A stretch of DNA of 58,128 nt from Ignavibacteria bacterium (GTDB lineage Bacteria > Bacteroidota > Ignavibacteria > Tepidaquicellales > OLB5): contig JBDTNV010000003.1 in assembly GCA_039933555.1 (NCBI GenBank), forward strand, positions 1 to 58,128. The letters run 5' to 3'. Made by a program: the position numbers and the translations under genes. Each line of letters starts with the position of its first letter. Position 1 is the stretch's first letter. Of this stretch, positions 17,704-26,903 are shown in pieces. The notes under the pieces are model-generated. The model worked only from the letters and a program-made list of their open reading frames with translations. It was not told where the DNA came from and did not search any database.

Positions 17704-19899
17704 ATGAAGAGAATATTATTTACAATATTAATTACTTTTGTTACTACGTTTACTTACAGTCAGGATTCAAAAGTATCCGGTAAGATAACCGGGGAAAATA
17801 ATCTGCCTTTAAATGGTGCGAATGTTGTTATTGAAGGAACAATTGACGGCGCAACGACTGACTCAACCGGTTATTATGAATTCGAAACATCAAAGACGGG
17901 CACGCAGAATCTTCTTTTTACTTATCTTGATTACAACGAAAAGAGACAAACCGTAAATATCGAAGCAGGCAAGCCCATTGAAACAAACATCCAGCTTAAG
18001 AAGGCTGAAGTACAGACCGATGAAATTATTGTTACAGCAAGCTCATATACATCAGGACAGAATTCACAGGTAACTATTACTCCTCTGGAAATTGTAAGGA
18101 TACCGGGCTCTGACGGCGATCTTTTCCGCGCAATCACAACTTTCCCCGGCTCTAACCAGGTAGATGAAGGAAGCAGAATTACAGTAAGAGGCGGTGATGC
18201 GAATGAAGTGCTTACTATTTTAGACCAGGCTTCACTATATAACCCGTTTATTTTTGATGATGATTTTAATACATCATCTTATACTACAATAAATCCCTGG
18301 GGGCTGCGCGGCATAAATTTTTCAAGCGGTGGGTTTTCCGCGAAGTACGGCAATGTCCTTTCGGCAGTGCTTGACTTGAAAACCTATGAAATGCCGCAAG
18401 GTACCGGCGGCTTCCTCTGGCTTGGTTTGGCTAACGTTGGCTTAAGCGGTGTTTACCTGAATAAGAAAAAGGATTTTGGCGCGACCATAGATATCGGAGG
18501 CACGATACTTGAGCCTTATTTCAAGCTGAACGGTTATTTAACTGATAGATATGACCCTATTCCGCTTGCAAGAGGTATCGGAGGCTCGCTTGCATATAAG
18601 CCTTCAAAGAGCAGCAACTTAAAAGCAATATTTGATTACAGCAAAGATAAGATAGGAGTAAGGAATACAAGTCCGTCATATGACGGGTATTTCAATTCAG
18701 GCTCTGAGACAGTTTTCGGAAACCTCAAATATTCAGCAGGAATTGGCTCTAAAACGTATTTCAGTATGGGGCTTTCATACAGTAATCACAAAGATGATGT
18801 GGGATATGGAATTTTAAGCACAGTTACTAACCAGCTTTACGGCAAATATAGAGTAGATTTTACTCACCAGTTAGTGAATAACGTAGAAATAAATACAGGC
18901 ACTGAATATGAATACAACGAAGATAAATTCTCAGGAAGGGTACCCCAGCTTGCATATGATGTTAATTTAAACGCGCCTTATTTTGATCTGAATTCGCTTA
19001 ACCATACAGGCAGGGTTGGGGCTTATATTGAAGCTCAGATAAAACCGGCAAAAAGATTCTTTGTTATTCCGGGGGTAAGGACAGATTACCACACACTTTC
19101 AAAGAAGACCGTTGTTGATCCAAGGCTTTCGATGGGATGGAAGTTTGCCAAAGATATGGTGCTAAGAGGCGCAGTTGGAATATATCACCAATACCCAAAG
19201 CTTGAGTATTACGCACAGTCTGATAACTTTAACTTAAAGCCTGAGCAGGCAACCCATTATATTCTGGGGTATGAGTTCAATAAAATGGAAGGACTTTTTC
19301 TCTTCAGGGTTGAAGGATATTACAAAGAATATAAGAACCTGGTACTGCGAGATAGGAACAGCTTTTTGTATGCATCAAACGGTAAAGGATTTGCGAAGGG
19401 AGTTGATGTATTCTTAAAATCAAGCGTCACAAATAAATATTCAACATGGATATCATATGCCTATACTGATTCCAAACGCAGCCAGTATGATTCACAAAAA
19501 GAAGCGCCGGCGGCTTATGATATTTCACATAATTTAACTTTTGTAGCAAGTTATAACATCAGTGATGTTATCACAACCGGGCTAACCTACAGGGTTTCTA
19601 CCGGCAAACCTTACACCCCCGTAACTGGCGGAATATTCGACTCAACCTATAATGTTTACCAGCCTGTGTATGCTGAAACAAACAGCGGGCGCTTCCCAAC
19701 CTATCAGAGAATGGATATAAACTTCCAGTATTTATTTTCACTCTTTGGCAGGTTTGCTATAGCTGTATTCCAGATAAACAACCTGCTTAACCAGAAGAAC
19801 CTGTATGATTATACATATAATTCAGATTACACAAAACAGGTTGAAATTGTTACAACGAACAAGAGGCAGTTCTATATGGGATTAGGGGTTCAATTTTAA
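17704..19899 (+). CDS. TonB-dependent receptor with CarboxypepD_reg-like N-terminal domain
   Basis: The ATG at 17704 gives signal peptide MKRILFTILITFVTTFTYSQ. GKITGENNLPLNGANVVIEGT..TDSTGYYEFE. Plug ITPLEIVRIPGSDGDLFRAITTFPG..ITVRGGDANE. Ends GLGVQF. Confidence 0.8.
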   Translation: MKRILFTILITFVTTFTYSQDSKVSGKITGENNLPLNGANVVIEGTIDGATTDSTGYYEFETSKTGTQNLLFTYLDYNEKRQTVNIEAGKPIETNIQLKKAEVQTDEIIVTASSYTSGQNSQVTITPLEIVRIPGSDGDLFRAITTFPGSNQVDEGSRITVRGGDANEVLTILDQASLYNPFIFDDDFNTSSYTTINPWGLRGINFSSGGFSAKYGNVLSAVLDLKTYEMPQGTGGFLWLGLANVGLSGVYLNKKKDFGATIDIGGTILEPYFKLNGYLTDRYDPIPLARGIGGSLAYKPSKSSNLKAIFDYSKDKIGVRNTSPSYDGYFNSGSETVFGNLKYSAGIGSKTYFSMGLSYSNHKDDVGYGILSTVTNQLYGKYRVDFTHQLVNNVEINTGTEYEYNEDKFSGRVPQLAYDVNLNAPYFDLNSLNHTGRVGAYIEAQIKPAKRFFVIPGVRTDYHTLSKKTVVDPRLSMGWKFAKDMVLRGAVGIYHQYPKLEYYAQSDNFNLKPEQATHYILGYEFNKMEGLFLFRVEGYYKEYKNLVLRDRNSFLYASNGKGFAKGVDVFLKSSVTNKYSTWISYAYTDSKRSQYDSQKEAPAAYDISHNLTFVASYNISDVITTGLTYRVSTGKPYTPVTGGIFDSTYNVYQPVYAETNSGRFPTYQRMDINFQYLFSLFGRFAIAVFQINNLLNQKNLYDYTYNSDYTKQVEIVTTNKRQFYMGLGVQF

Positions 19900-19934
19900 A
19901 ACGTGAAACGTGAAACGTGAAATGTGAAACGTGA
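19900..19934. repeat. tandem heptamer array (AACGTGA x3, AATGTGA, AACGTGA)
   Basis: Five exact-period 7-nt units starting one base after the TBDR stop codon. Confidence 0.9.
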
Positions 19935-19966
19935 AAAGAGTAAAAGTTAAAACAAATTAAAATTTA

Positions 19967-20323
19967 ATGCTGAACTTAAAACATAAGAATCTGGATGTTT
20001 GGAAGATAAGTGTTGATCTTGTTGCGGAAATATATGCGCTGACAGAGAGTTTTCCAAAGACAGAAATTTTCGGACTCTCAAATCAACTGAGGAGAGCATC
20101 TGTTTCTATTACATCTAATATTAGTGAAGGATCCGCAAGGCCGACACTGCCTGACAGGAAGAAATTTTATAATACCGCGCGTTCATCTTTAGTTGAAATA
20201 GATTCACAACTTGAAATAGCCGTAAGATTAAAATTTACAACTTACACTGCATTGACAAAAATAGATGAAAAAATGAACGAATTATTTGCAAAATTAACAA
20301 ATCTAATTAATAAATCTAAATAG
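19967..20323 (+). CDS. four-helix-bundle protein (23S rRNA intervening-sequence protein family)
   Basis: LDVWKISVDLVAEIYALTESFPKTEIFGLSNQLRRASVSITSNISEG...SLVEIDSQLEIA matches the family signature. 118 aa. Confidence 0.85.
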   Translation: MLNLKHKNLDVWKISVDLVAEIYALTESFPKTEIFGLSNQLRRASVSITSNISEGSARPTLPDRKKFYNTARSSLVEIDSQLEIAVRLKFTTYTALTKIDEKMNELFAKLTNLINKSK

Positions 20324-20350
20324 ACGGGAAAATGCAGATAGTCATACGTC

Positions 20351-20378
20351 TCACGTTTGACATCTCACGTCTCACAAG
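20351..20378. repeat. heptamer array in inverted orientation (TCACGTT TGACATC TCACGTC TCACAAG)
   Basis: The reverse complement reads cttgtga gacgtga gatgtca aacgtga. About 18/21 is complementary to the 3' part of the 19900-19934 array. Confidence 0.8.
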
Positions 20379-20390
20379 AAGGAAATTAAA

Positions 20391-21167
20391 ATGAAAACAA
20401 CGATCTTCACATTACTAATTGCATTGATGGCAACATTAAACATCACAACCATAAAGGCTGATGATTACACCGACGCAATGTTAAAAGCAATAAAGAAAAT
20501 GGGTGATGCAGCCGATAAAAACGATAAGGCTGCTGTGCTTAAGGTAAGGGGTGATTTTGAGCGTATCCTTCAGCTCAAAAAAAATGAGTGGATGGTAAAT
20601 TATTACATTGGTTCAATAGATTACATGCTATCACGCTTTGCAGGTGAAGAAAAAAATACTGATGATGTGAAGAAGTATACTGAGTCTGCAATTGCATTGT
20701 TTGATAAATGCACCGATGTTAAAGATGATTTTGCCGATGCGTACATTATGAAAATGGCAGTGCAGGGTAACCGCTGGCAGTATGAGCCTAATAAGATGAA
20801 TGATATTATCGCAAAATCAACCGAAGCAAAGGATAAAGCGTTCAAGCTTGAGCCTGAAAATCCAAGGTATTACTTAATAGATGGCTACATGACATTTTAC
20901 ACCCCGGAGAACTTCGGTGGCGGTATTGATAAAGCGCTGCCGATGTTTGAAAAAGCATGGGAATACTCAAAAACCTATAAGCCCAAGGATGAAACTTATC
21001 CCAACTGGGGCAATGACCAGGCTGCGGGTATGGTAGCAATGTGCTATATCAAAAATGATAAGCTCGATGAAGCGAAGAAATGGATTGATAAAGGGCTTGA
21101 AGCAAAACCGGAATCGAATTTTATAAAAGGGTTTGTAATGACAGAGTATGATAAAGCCAAAAAATAA
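20391..21167 (+). CDS. hypothetical secreted helical (TPR-like) protein
   Basis: Signal peptide MKTTIFTLLIALMATLNITTIKA. aagga RBS-like motif upstream. 258 aa. Confidence 0.65.
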   Translation: MKTTIFTLLIALMATLNITTIKADDYTDAMLKAIKKMGDAADKNDKAAVLKVRGDFERILQLKKNEWMVNYYIGSIDYMLSRFAGEEKNTDDVKKYTESAIALFDKCTDVKDDFADAYIMKMAVQGNRWQYEPNKMNDIIAKSTEAKDKAFKLEPENPRYYLIDGYMTFYTPENFGGGIDKALPMFEKAWEYSKTYKPKDETYPNWGNDQAAGMVAMCYIKNDKLDEAKKWIDKGLEAKPESNFIKGFVMTEYDKAKK

Positions 21168-21170
21168 AGC

Positions 21171-21198
21171 AATGTCAAATTTCAAAATCCGAATGTCA
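21171..21198. repeat. third heptamer array (AATGTCA AATTTCA AAATCCG AATGTCA)
   Basis: Period-7 units 4 nt after the stop at 21167. Same AAnGTnA family. Confidence 0.7.
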
Positions 21199-21227
21199 AA
21201 TTAAAGCTAAAAAATAGCATTTTTATG

Positions 21228-21259
21228 AATGGTGTTGGCATGGCTGACACCATTTTTTA
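21228..21259 (+). terminator. rho-independent terminator
   Basis: AATGGTGT-tggcatggctg-ACACCATTttttat. Confidence 0.7.
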
Positions 21260-21305
21260 TTGTTATTAGTTTAATTATCTACTATTTTTGGATAATAATT
21301 CTTAA

Positions 21306-21773
21306 ATGAATTATGAAGATCTGAACATGAAGCCTTAGCTTACAAAGTTTATAGTATTAATTCCGCTGCTGATTTTCGTCAATATTTCAAATGCTCAATT
21401 AATAAGTAAGAAAGAATTCCGTTTAAAGGAATCAGAACCTGACATTTATATATTATCTAAACCTACAAGCCCTATATCAAAAATCTCAATTGCAAAGAAC
21501 AATAGTCCGTTAATAGCAGGAACATTATCATTTATTGCGCCTGGCGCGGCGCTGGGTCAGTTATATAACGGGCAGTATGTTAATTTTGGAATAAGGATTG
21601 GTATCTCAGCCCTATCTATTATTTGGCTTGCCGAATCGGGATTTTTTAATTTAGCAAGTGATGTCAAAGGCAATGATGCATGGATTCCATTGTTATTAAT
21701 CTATACTGCAAACTGGATTTCTTCGATTATTGATGCAGTGATATATAATAAGAAGCATTTGAGCGGGAGATAA
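21306..21773 (+). pseudogene. membrane protein gene interrupted by an in-frame TAG in its signal peptide (DUF5683-like C-terminal region)
   Basis: atg(21306)..atg aag cct TAG(21336-21338) ctt aca aag.. reads MKP*LTKFIVLIPLLIFVNISNAQ... The frame stays open to the TAA at 21771-21773. It is missing from the ORF track because no ATG/GTG/TTG follows the TAG for ~125 codons. ..LSFIAPGAALGQLYNGQYVNFGIRIG.. resembles DUF5683. Confidence 0.5.
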
Positions 21774-21825
21774 CAATTTCCTTTACTAATCTTCATACCA
21801 CAATTATTATTAGTATTTTTGTAGT

Positions 21826-22668
21826 ATGAAAGATACTTTACTCACCAAAAAACAGAAAGCGGTAATTGAATCAGCTTTAAGTAAGCAGGATTACAAAAGG
21901 GTTATTGATGTACTTGATACAATTTCCACTAAGCACTCAGGTACCGCCAAAATGAAGGATAAACGATATGTTATTGCAGAAATTGTAAGGCATATGACGG
22001 AAGCAGATCATAAAGATCCCATACGAGAATTTTATAAAGCCGGTTTAAAGATACTTAGTATAAAGTCATATAACGCAAAGGAAGCTGGTATTCACATACT
22101 TTGGCGTGGATATAAACACAATAAAGCAAATGTTACAAAATGGCTTTACAAAATTACAGATGATGCGAATTGGGAAGTGCGTGAGTATGCAGCAGGCGCT
22201 TTAGTTCAAACTCTATCATCAAATCCGGAATTTTATTCAATTCTTAAAAAATGGGTGAAGGATAAGTCAGAAAACATCAGGCGTGGTGTGGTAATGTCAG
22301 CAATTGCATTAAGAGATGGGACAGATCGTGCAAAAATTCAGAAAGCTTTTGCGCTAATGGAACCATTACTTTATGATTCATCTGTATATGTGAAAAAGAA
22401 TCTGGGACCGTTTATACTTGGTTCATATTTCGGCAATCATTTACCTGAGGATGTGTTTAGATTTCTGGATAGAATGATAAAGTTAAAGGATGTTCATGTT
22501 AGATGGAATATAGCAATGGCTTTCAATAACAGTTTCGGTAACCGGTATCCCAATGAAGCATTGAAGTACTTAAGGATTCTTGCAAAGGATGACAGCAAAG
22601 TTGTGCAAAGAGCGGTGAAATCTGCACTGAATCATTTAAAGAAAAGAAATAAATCAATTGAGTTATAA
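21826..22668 (+). CDS. DNA alkylation repair (AlkD/AlkC-like HEAT-repeat) protein
   Basis: HEAT-like repeats with DANWEVREYAAGAL and ENIRRGVVMS. 280 aa. Confidence 0.55.
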   Translation: MKDTLLTKKQKAVIESALSKQDYKRVIDVLDTISTKHSGTAKMKDKRYVIAEIVRHMTEADHKDPIREFYKAGLKILSIKSYNAKEAGIHILWRGYKHNKANVTKWLYKITDDANWEVREYAAGALVQTLSSNPEFYSILKKWVKDKSENIRRGVVMSAIALRDGTDRAKIQKAFALMEPLLYDSSVYVKKNLGPFILGSYFGNHLPEDVFRFLDRMIKLKDVHVRWNIAMAFNNSFGNRYPNEALKYLRILAKDDSKVVQRAVKSALNHLKKRNKSIEL

Positions 22669-22760
22669 AGTTATTCCCGCTAAGCAGAAGAGCGGGACTG
22701 CCTTTCTCCAATTCGTGTATCAAGGCGTTGCAAAAAGCCCAGAAAGTAAAAAGCAAATAT

Positions 22761-23147
22761 ATGAGTAGTGAAATTGTTTTAGAATTTGTGAAATGCATCA
22801 ATGAGCATGATGTAGAAAAAGTATCAGAACTAATGAGTGATGATCACACCTTTACCGATGCTCACAACAATTGTATTACCGGTAAAAATGATATGATCCA
22901 GGGATGGAAGGGTTATTATAGTATGTTCCCTGATTATAAAATCGAAGTTGATGAATTCTACGAGGCAGGAAGTACTTTTGTGATGATGGGATATTCGAGC
23001 GGTACATATAAAGGGCTGAATCCGGAGCGAAATCACTGGAAACTGCCGGCAGCATGGAAAGCAATGGTTGAAAACGGGAAAATTAAGCACTGGCAGGTAT
23101 ATTGTGATACTAAAATTCCCATGGATATTATTGAAAAAAACTTATAA
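22761..23147 (+). CDS. SnoaL-like / NTF2 family protein
   Basis: The ATG at 22761 gives MSSEIVLEFVKCINEHDVEKVSELMSDDHTFTD.., typical of SnoaL_2. About 128 aa. Confidence 0.6.
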   Translation: MSSEIVLEFVKCINEHDVEKVSELMSDDHTFTDAHNNCITGKNDMIQGWKGYYSMFPDYKIEVDEFYEAGSTFVMMGYSSGTYKGLNPERNHWKLPAAWKAMVENGKIKHWQVYCDTKIPMDIIEKNL

Positions 23148-23255
23148 AAGCTCAATAAATAAGGCAAATAAACCCTAAATTCACAATTTTTTATTAGAGT
23201 TAATTTTGCTAACTTTGTATTGGAGATATAAATATCATATTTATAGATACATTTC

Positions 23256-23726
23256 ATGAAAATTTCTGATATACTCAGCACAGATGTAATAGCAGTGAAC
23301 CTGGAAACGGCAGATAAGGAAGATGCAATAAAAAAAGTTATTGTTCTTGGAGCAAAATCCAATAAAATCCTTGACCTAGAAAAAGTATCCGGCACTATAT
23401 TCGAAAGAGAAAAACTTGTTTCCACCGGGGTTGGCAAAGGATTTGCTATTCCTCACGGAAAGACTGATTCCATTAAAGATGTTGTGGCAGCATTTGCAAT
23501 TACAAAAGAACCAATTGATTTTGATTCCATTGACGGAGAACCTGTCAGGTTTATTTTCCTGTTAATAGGCAAAGAAAATTTACTGAATACTCATATAAAA
23601 CTCTTAAGCCGTATTTCAAGGCTTATGAATAAGGATGAATTCAGAGAGAAACTTCTGGAAGCAGCCACTCCGGAAGAAGTTCTTGAAATATTCAAGGAAG
23701 AGGAGAAGAATTACTTCGATATATAA
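23256..23726 (+). CDS. ptsN: PTS EIIA (fructose/nitrogen-regulatory, PtsN-like) protein
   Basis: PTS_EIIA_2 pattern ..TGVGKGFAIPHGKTD.. (phospho-His). 156 aa. TAATTTTG and TAACTTTG motifs lie at 23201-23217 upstream. Confidence 0.75.
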   Translation: MKISDILSTDVIAVNLETADKEDAIKKVIVLGAKSNKILDLEKVSGTIFEREKLVSTGVGKGFAIPHGKTDSIKDVVAAFAITKEPIDFDSIDGEPVRFIFLLIGKENLLNTHIKLLSRISRLMNKDEFREKLLEAATPEEVLEIFKEEEKNYFDI

Positions 23727-23852
23727 TTCCATTTGAATAGTTACTTTTTTTATTTCTCATATCCGGAGAGATAAAATGAACACGGTAACATTGAATATTT
23801 TAGTATCTCATCCAAATTAAGTTTCCTCCACCTTCATTTAAAAAACATATTT

Positions 23853-23861
23853 TGGTATAAT
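23853..23861 (+). promoter_or_regulatory. extended -10 element upstream of ppdK
   Basis: TGgTATAAT at 23853-23861, 22 nt before the ATG. Weak -35 TTCATT at a 17-nt spacing. Confidence 0.45.
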
Positions 23862-23882
23862 CTAAAACAAACAAAAGATAAC

Positions 23883-26723
23883 ATGCCTAAAAAACTAGTT
23901 TATTATTTTGGCGGTAAAAAGGCAGATGGCGATGCTGCGTTAAAGCCTTTGCTTGGAGGCAAAGGTGCTAATCTTGCAGAGATGGTTAATCTTAAGCTGC
24001 CCGTACCACCCGGTTTCACTATCACCACAGAAGTTTGCACCCATTACTACAAGAACAACAGAAAATATCCCAAAGAATTAAGAGTACAGGTCAGAGCCGC
24101 TTTAGCCAGGATGGAAAAAGAGATCGGCAAGAAGTTTGGCGATAAAAACGATCCGCTGCTTGTATCAGTTCGCTCAGGAGCAAGAGCATCAATGCCCGGA
24201 ATGATGGATACTATTTTAAATCTCGGGTTGAATGATGATACTGTTCACGGCTTGATCGAAATGACAGGTAATGAAAGATTTGCATATGATTCATACCGCC
24301 GCTTTGTGCAGATGTATGGTGATGTAGTCATGGACCTTAGGCCGCATGACAGGGATGCACGCGACCCGTTTGAATTGATAATTGAAACGAAGAAAAAATC
24401 AAAGGGTGTTAAACTTGATACAGAGCTTACTGCTGAAGATCTGAAAGAACTTGTCCATCAGTTCAAGATGGAAATAAAGAATAAGCTTGGTCGTGAGTTC
24501 CCCGAAGACCCGATGGATCAGATAAACGGCGCAGTTGATGCCGTATTTAATTCATGGATGAACGAAAGAGCCATTGTTTACAGGAAGCTTAATAATATTC
24601 CTGAATCGTGGGGAACAGCGGTAAATGTACAATCAATGGTGTTTGGCAATATGGGTGAATCCTCAGGTACAGGGGTTGCATTTACCCGTGATCCGGCATC
24701 CGGCGAAAATATTTTCTATGGTGAATATTTGATGAACGCCCAGGGTGAAGATGTTGTTGCCGGAACAAGAACTCCGTTAACAATTGCAACATTAAACGCG
24801 CAAAACCCTGAAATGTATTCACAGCTTGAAAAGGTGAGAAGGTCACTCGAGAAACATTATAAAGATATGATGGATATCGAGTTCACTATACAGGATGGGA
24901 AGCTTTATATTCTGCAGTGCAGGGTTGGCAAAAGAACCGGTAATGCAGCGGTTAGAATTGCCGTTGATATGGTTAAGGAAAAGCTGATAACAGATAAAGA
25001 AGCTGTAATGAGAATTGAACCTGACCAGCTTAATCAGCTTTTAAGACCCATATTTGATAATGCGGAAAAAGATGCTGCTATTAAACAGGGCAGACTCATT
25101 GCGAAGGGTTTGAACGCAGGACCGGGAGCAGCAACAGGTAGAATATATTTCAACGCTGCGGATGCTGAAGATGCCGCTTTAAGACATGAAAAAGTTATAC
25201 TTGTAAGAATTGAAACTTCACCTGAAGATATTAAAGGAATGAATGCTTCTGAAGGTATTTTGACTGCCAGGGGAGGAATGACATCACATGCAGCGCTTGT
25301 TGCAAGGCAGATGGGAAAAGTCTGTGTTGCCGGATGCGGCCAATTGGAAATAGATTATAATATAAGAGAGCTAAAAGTTGAAGATGAAACCAGAACTATT
25401 GCTTTGAAAGAGGGTGACTGGATATCAATTGATGGCACAACTGGAGAAGTATTTGAAGGCAAGATACATACAAAAGAATCTGAAATTCTGCAGGTATTAA
25501 TAGAAAATTCACTAAAGCCTGAATATTCAGAAACATATCAGATCTACGAAAAGGTAATGCACTGGGCTGATAAGTACAGGACACTTAAGGTAAGAACAAA
25601 TGCCGACCAGCCTGACCAGTGCAGAAATGCTCTCGCATTTGGCGCACAGGGTATAGGTCTATGCCGCACGGAGCATATGTTCTTTGGCGGTGATAGAATT
25701 GATGCCGTTAGAGAGATGATACTTAGTGATACGGTCGCAGAAAGAGAAATTGCACTCGAAAAGCTCTTTCCGTTCCAGAAGGATGATTTCTACGGGATTT
25801 TCAAGGAAATGGGCGATAGGCCGGTGACAATAAGAACACTTGACCCGCCTCTGCATGAATTTTTACCTCATGAAGAGAGTGAACAAAGGGAACTGGCAAT
25901 AAAAGTAGGCAAGACCTATGATGATATAAAAGCTAAAGTTGAGCTGCTTCATGAATTTAACCCGATGATGGGACACAGGGGCTGCAGGCTTGGAATAGTT
26001 TACCCGGAAATTACTGCAATGCAGGTTCGCGCAATTTTCACCGCGGCCGCAGAAGTGAAAAAAGAAGGGATAAATGTAAAGCCAGAAGTTATGATTCCCC
26101 TGATCGGCTACGCAAAAGAGCTGAGCAACCAGACAAAGGTTGTAAGAAAGATCGCAAATGATGTAATGAATGAGACCGGAATAAAGTTTGAGTATCATGT
26201 CGGCACAATGATAGAAGTACCAAGAGCGGCATTAACCGCCGATGAAGTTGCCGAGGTTGCTGAGTTCTTTTCGTTTGGGACAAATGATCTAACTCAGTTG
26301 ACCATGGGGCTCTCTCGCGATGATTCAGGTACTTTCCTGCCTTATTATATTGAAAAAGAAATTATACCCGGTGATCCGTTCATATCCATTGATAGCGCGG
26401 TAGCTGAGCTTGTTAAGATGGCTGTTACAAAAGGCAGAAGCGTTAAGCCGAGACTGAAAGTGGGTATCTGCGGTGAGCATGGCGGTGACCCGAAGACGAT
26501 ACATTTCTGTCATACGGCCGGTCTTGATTACGTGAGCTGTTCTCCATTTAGATTGCCTATAGCAAGACTCTCGGCAGCACAAGCACATTTGATGTATGAT
26601 GATATTGCTCCAACAGCGTCAAAGAAAAAGTCAGCCAAAAATAAACCAGTTAAGAAGAATACTTCAAAACCGGTTAAGAAAAAGGCTATAAAGAAAGTGG
26701 TTAAGGGCAGGAAGAAGAGATAG
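23883..26723 (+). CDS. ppdK: pyruvate, phosphate dikinase with Lys-rich C-terminal extension
   Basis: [12 protein letters not shown], catalytic-His region [44 protein letters not shown]. The conserved end ..[17 protein letters not shown] is followed by about 45 extra residues. Confidence 0.95.
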   Translation: MPKKLVYYFGGKKADGDAALKPLLGGKGANLAEMVNLKLPVPPGFTITTEVCTHYYKNNRKYPKELRVQVRAALARMEKEIGKKFGDKNDPLLVSVRSGARASMPGMMDTILNLGLNDDTVHGLIEMTGNERFAYDSYRRFVQMYGDVVMDLRPHDRDARDPFELIIETKKKSKGVKLDTELTAEDLKELVHQFKMEIKNKLGREFPEDPMDQINGAVDAVFNSWMNERAIVYRKLNNIPESWGTAVNVQSMVFGNMGESSGTGVAFTRDPASGENIFYGEYLMNAQGEDVVAGTRTPLTIATLNAQNPEMYSQLEKVRRSLEKHYKDMMDIEFTIQDGKLYILQCRVGKRTGNAAVRIAVDMVKEKLITDKEAVMRIEPDQLNQLLRPIFDNAEKDAAIKQGRLIAKGLNAGPGAATGRIYFNAADAEDAALRHEKVILVRIETSPEDIKGMNASEGILTARGGMTSHAALVARQMGKVCVAGCGQLEIDYNIRELKVEDETRTIALKEGDWISIDGTTGEVFEGKIHTKESEILQVLIENSLKPEYSETYQIYEKVMHWADKYRTLKVRTNADQPDQCRNALAFGAQGIGLCRTEHMFFGGDRIDAVREMILSDTVAEREIALEKLFPFQKDDFYGIFKEMGDRPVTIRTLDPPLHEFLPHEESEQRELAIKVGKTYDDIKAKVELLHEFNPMMGHRGCRLGIVYPEITAMQVRAIFTAAAEVKKEGINVKPEVMIPLIGYAKELSNQTKVVRKIANDVMNETGIKFEYHVGTMIEVPRAALTADEVAEVAEFFSFGTNDLTQLTMGLSRDDSGTFLPYYIEKEIIPGDPFISIDSAVAELVKMAVTKGRSVKPRLKVGICGEHGGDPKTIHFCHTAGLDYVSCSPFRLPIARLSAAQAHLMYDDIAPTASKKKSAKNKPVKKNTSKPVKKKAIKKVVKGRKKR

Positions 26724-26816
26724 TATTTATAATGCAGGATGTACTTGTGGGTTCAGACTACAACCAGGTATTATATCTTAATCATTGAATTCATAAAATA
26801 AATTGTCTATTTTTAT

Positions 26817-26851
26817 AAACCCATAGTTCTAATAAGATTATGGGTTTTTTA
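26817..26851 (+). terminator. rho-independent terminator after ppdK
   Basis: AAACCCATA-13 nt-TATGGGTTTtttt. Confidence 0.7.
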
Positions 26852-26903
26852 TTGAATATTATCCAATAACGGAACAGGTGAGTTCCTTATAATAATTAAT
26901 CCC

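Noticed and set aside
19900-21198. Heptamer arrays as a possible CRISPR or other spacer-repeat array
   Set aside because: Units are 7 nt and directly tandem with no spacers. There are no cas genes. It is not a CRISPR architecture.
21336-21338. Genome-wide TAG reassignment as the explanation for the in-frame TAG
   Set aside because: TAG clearly terminates motif-complete genes here: 558-560, 5691-5693 (pth), 16614-16616, 20321-20323 and 26721-26723 (ppdK).
23033-23437. 134-aa minus-strand ORF spanning the SnoaL-like gene end and the ptsN start
   Set aside because: It overlaps two motif-supported plus-strand genes and the promoter region between them, and has no recognisable features.
23776-23820. 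14-codon uORF ([14 protein letters not shown]) with a GGAGAG Shine-Dalgarno-like motif upstream of ppdK
   Set aside because: It lies upstream of the best promoter candidate (TGgTATAAT at 23853), so it would not be on the ppdK leader. It is too short to support by sequence alone.
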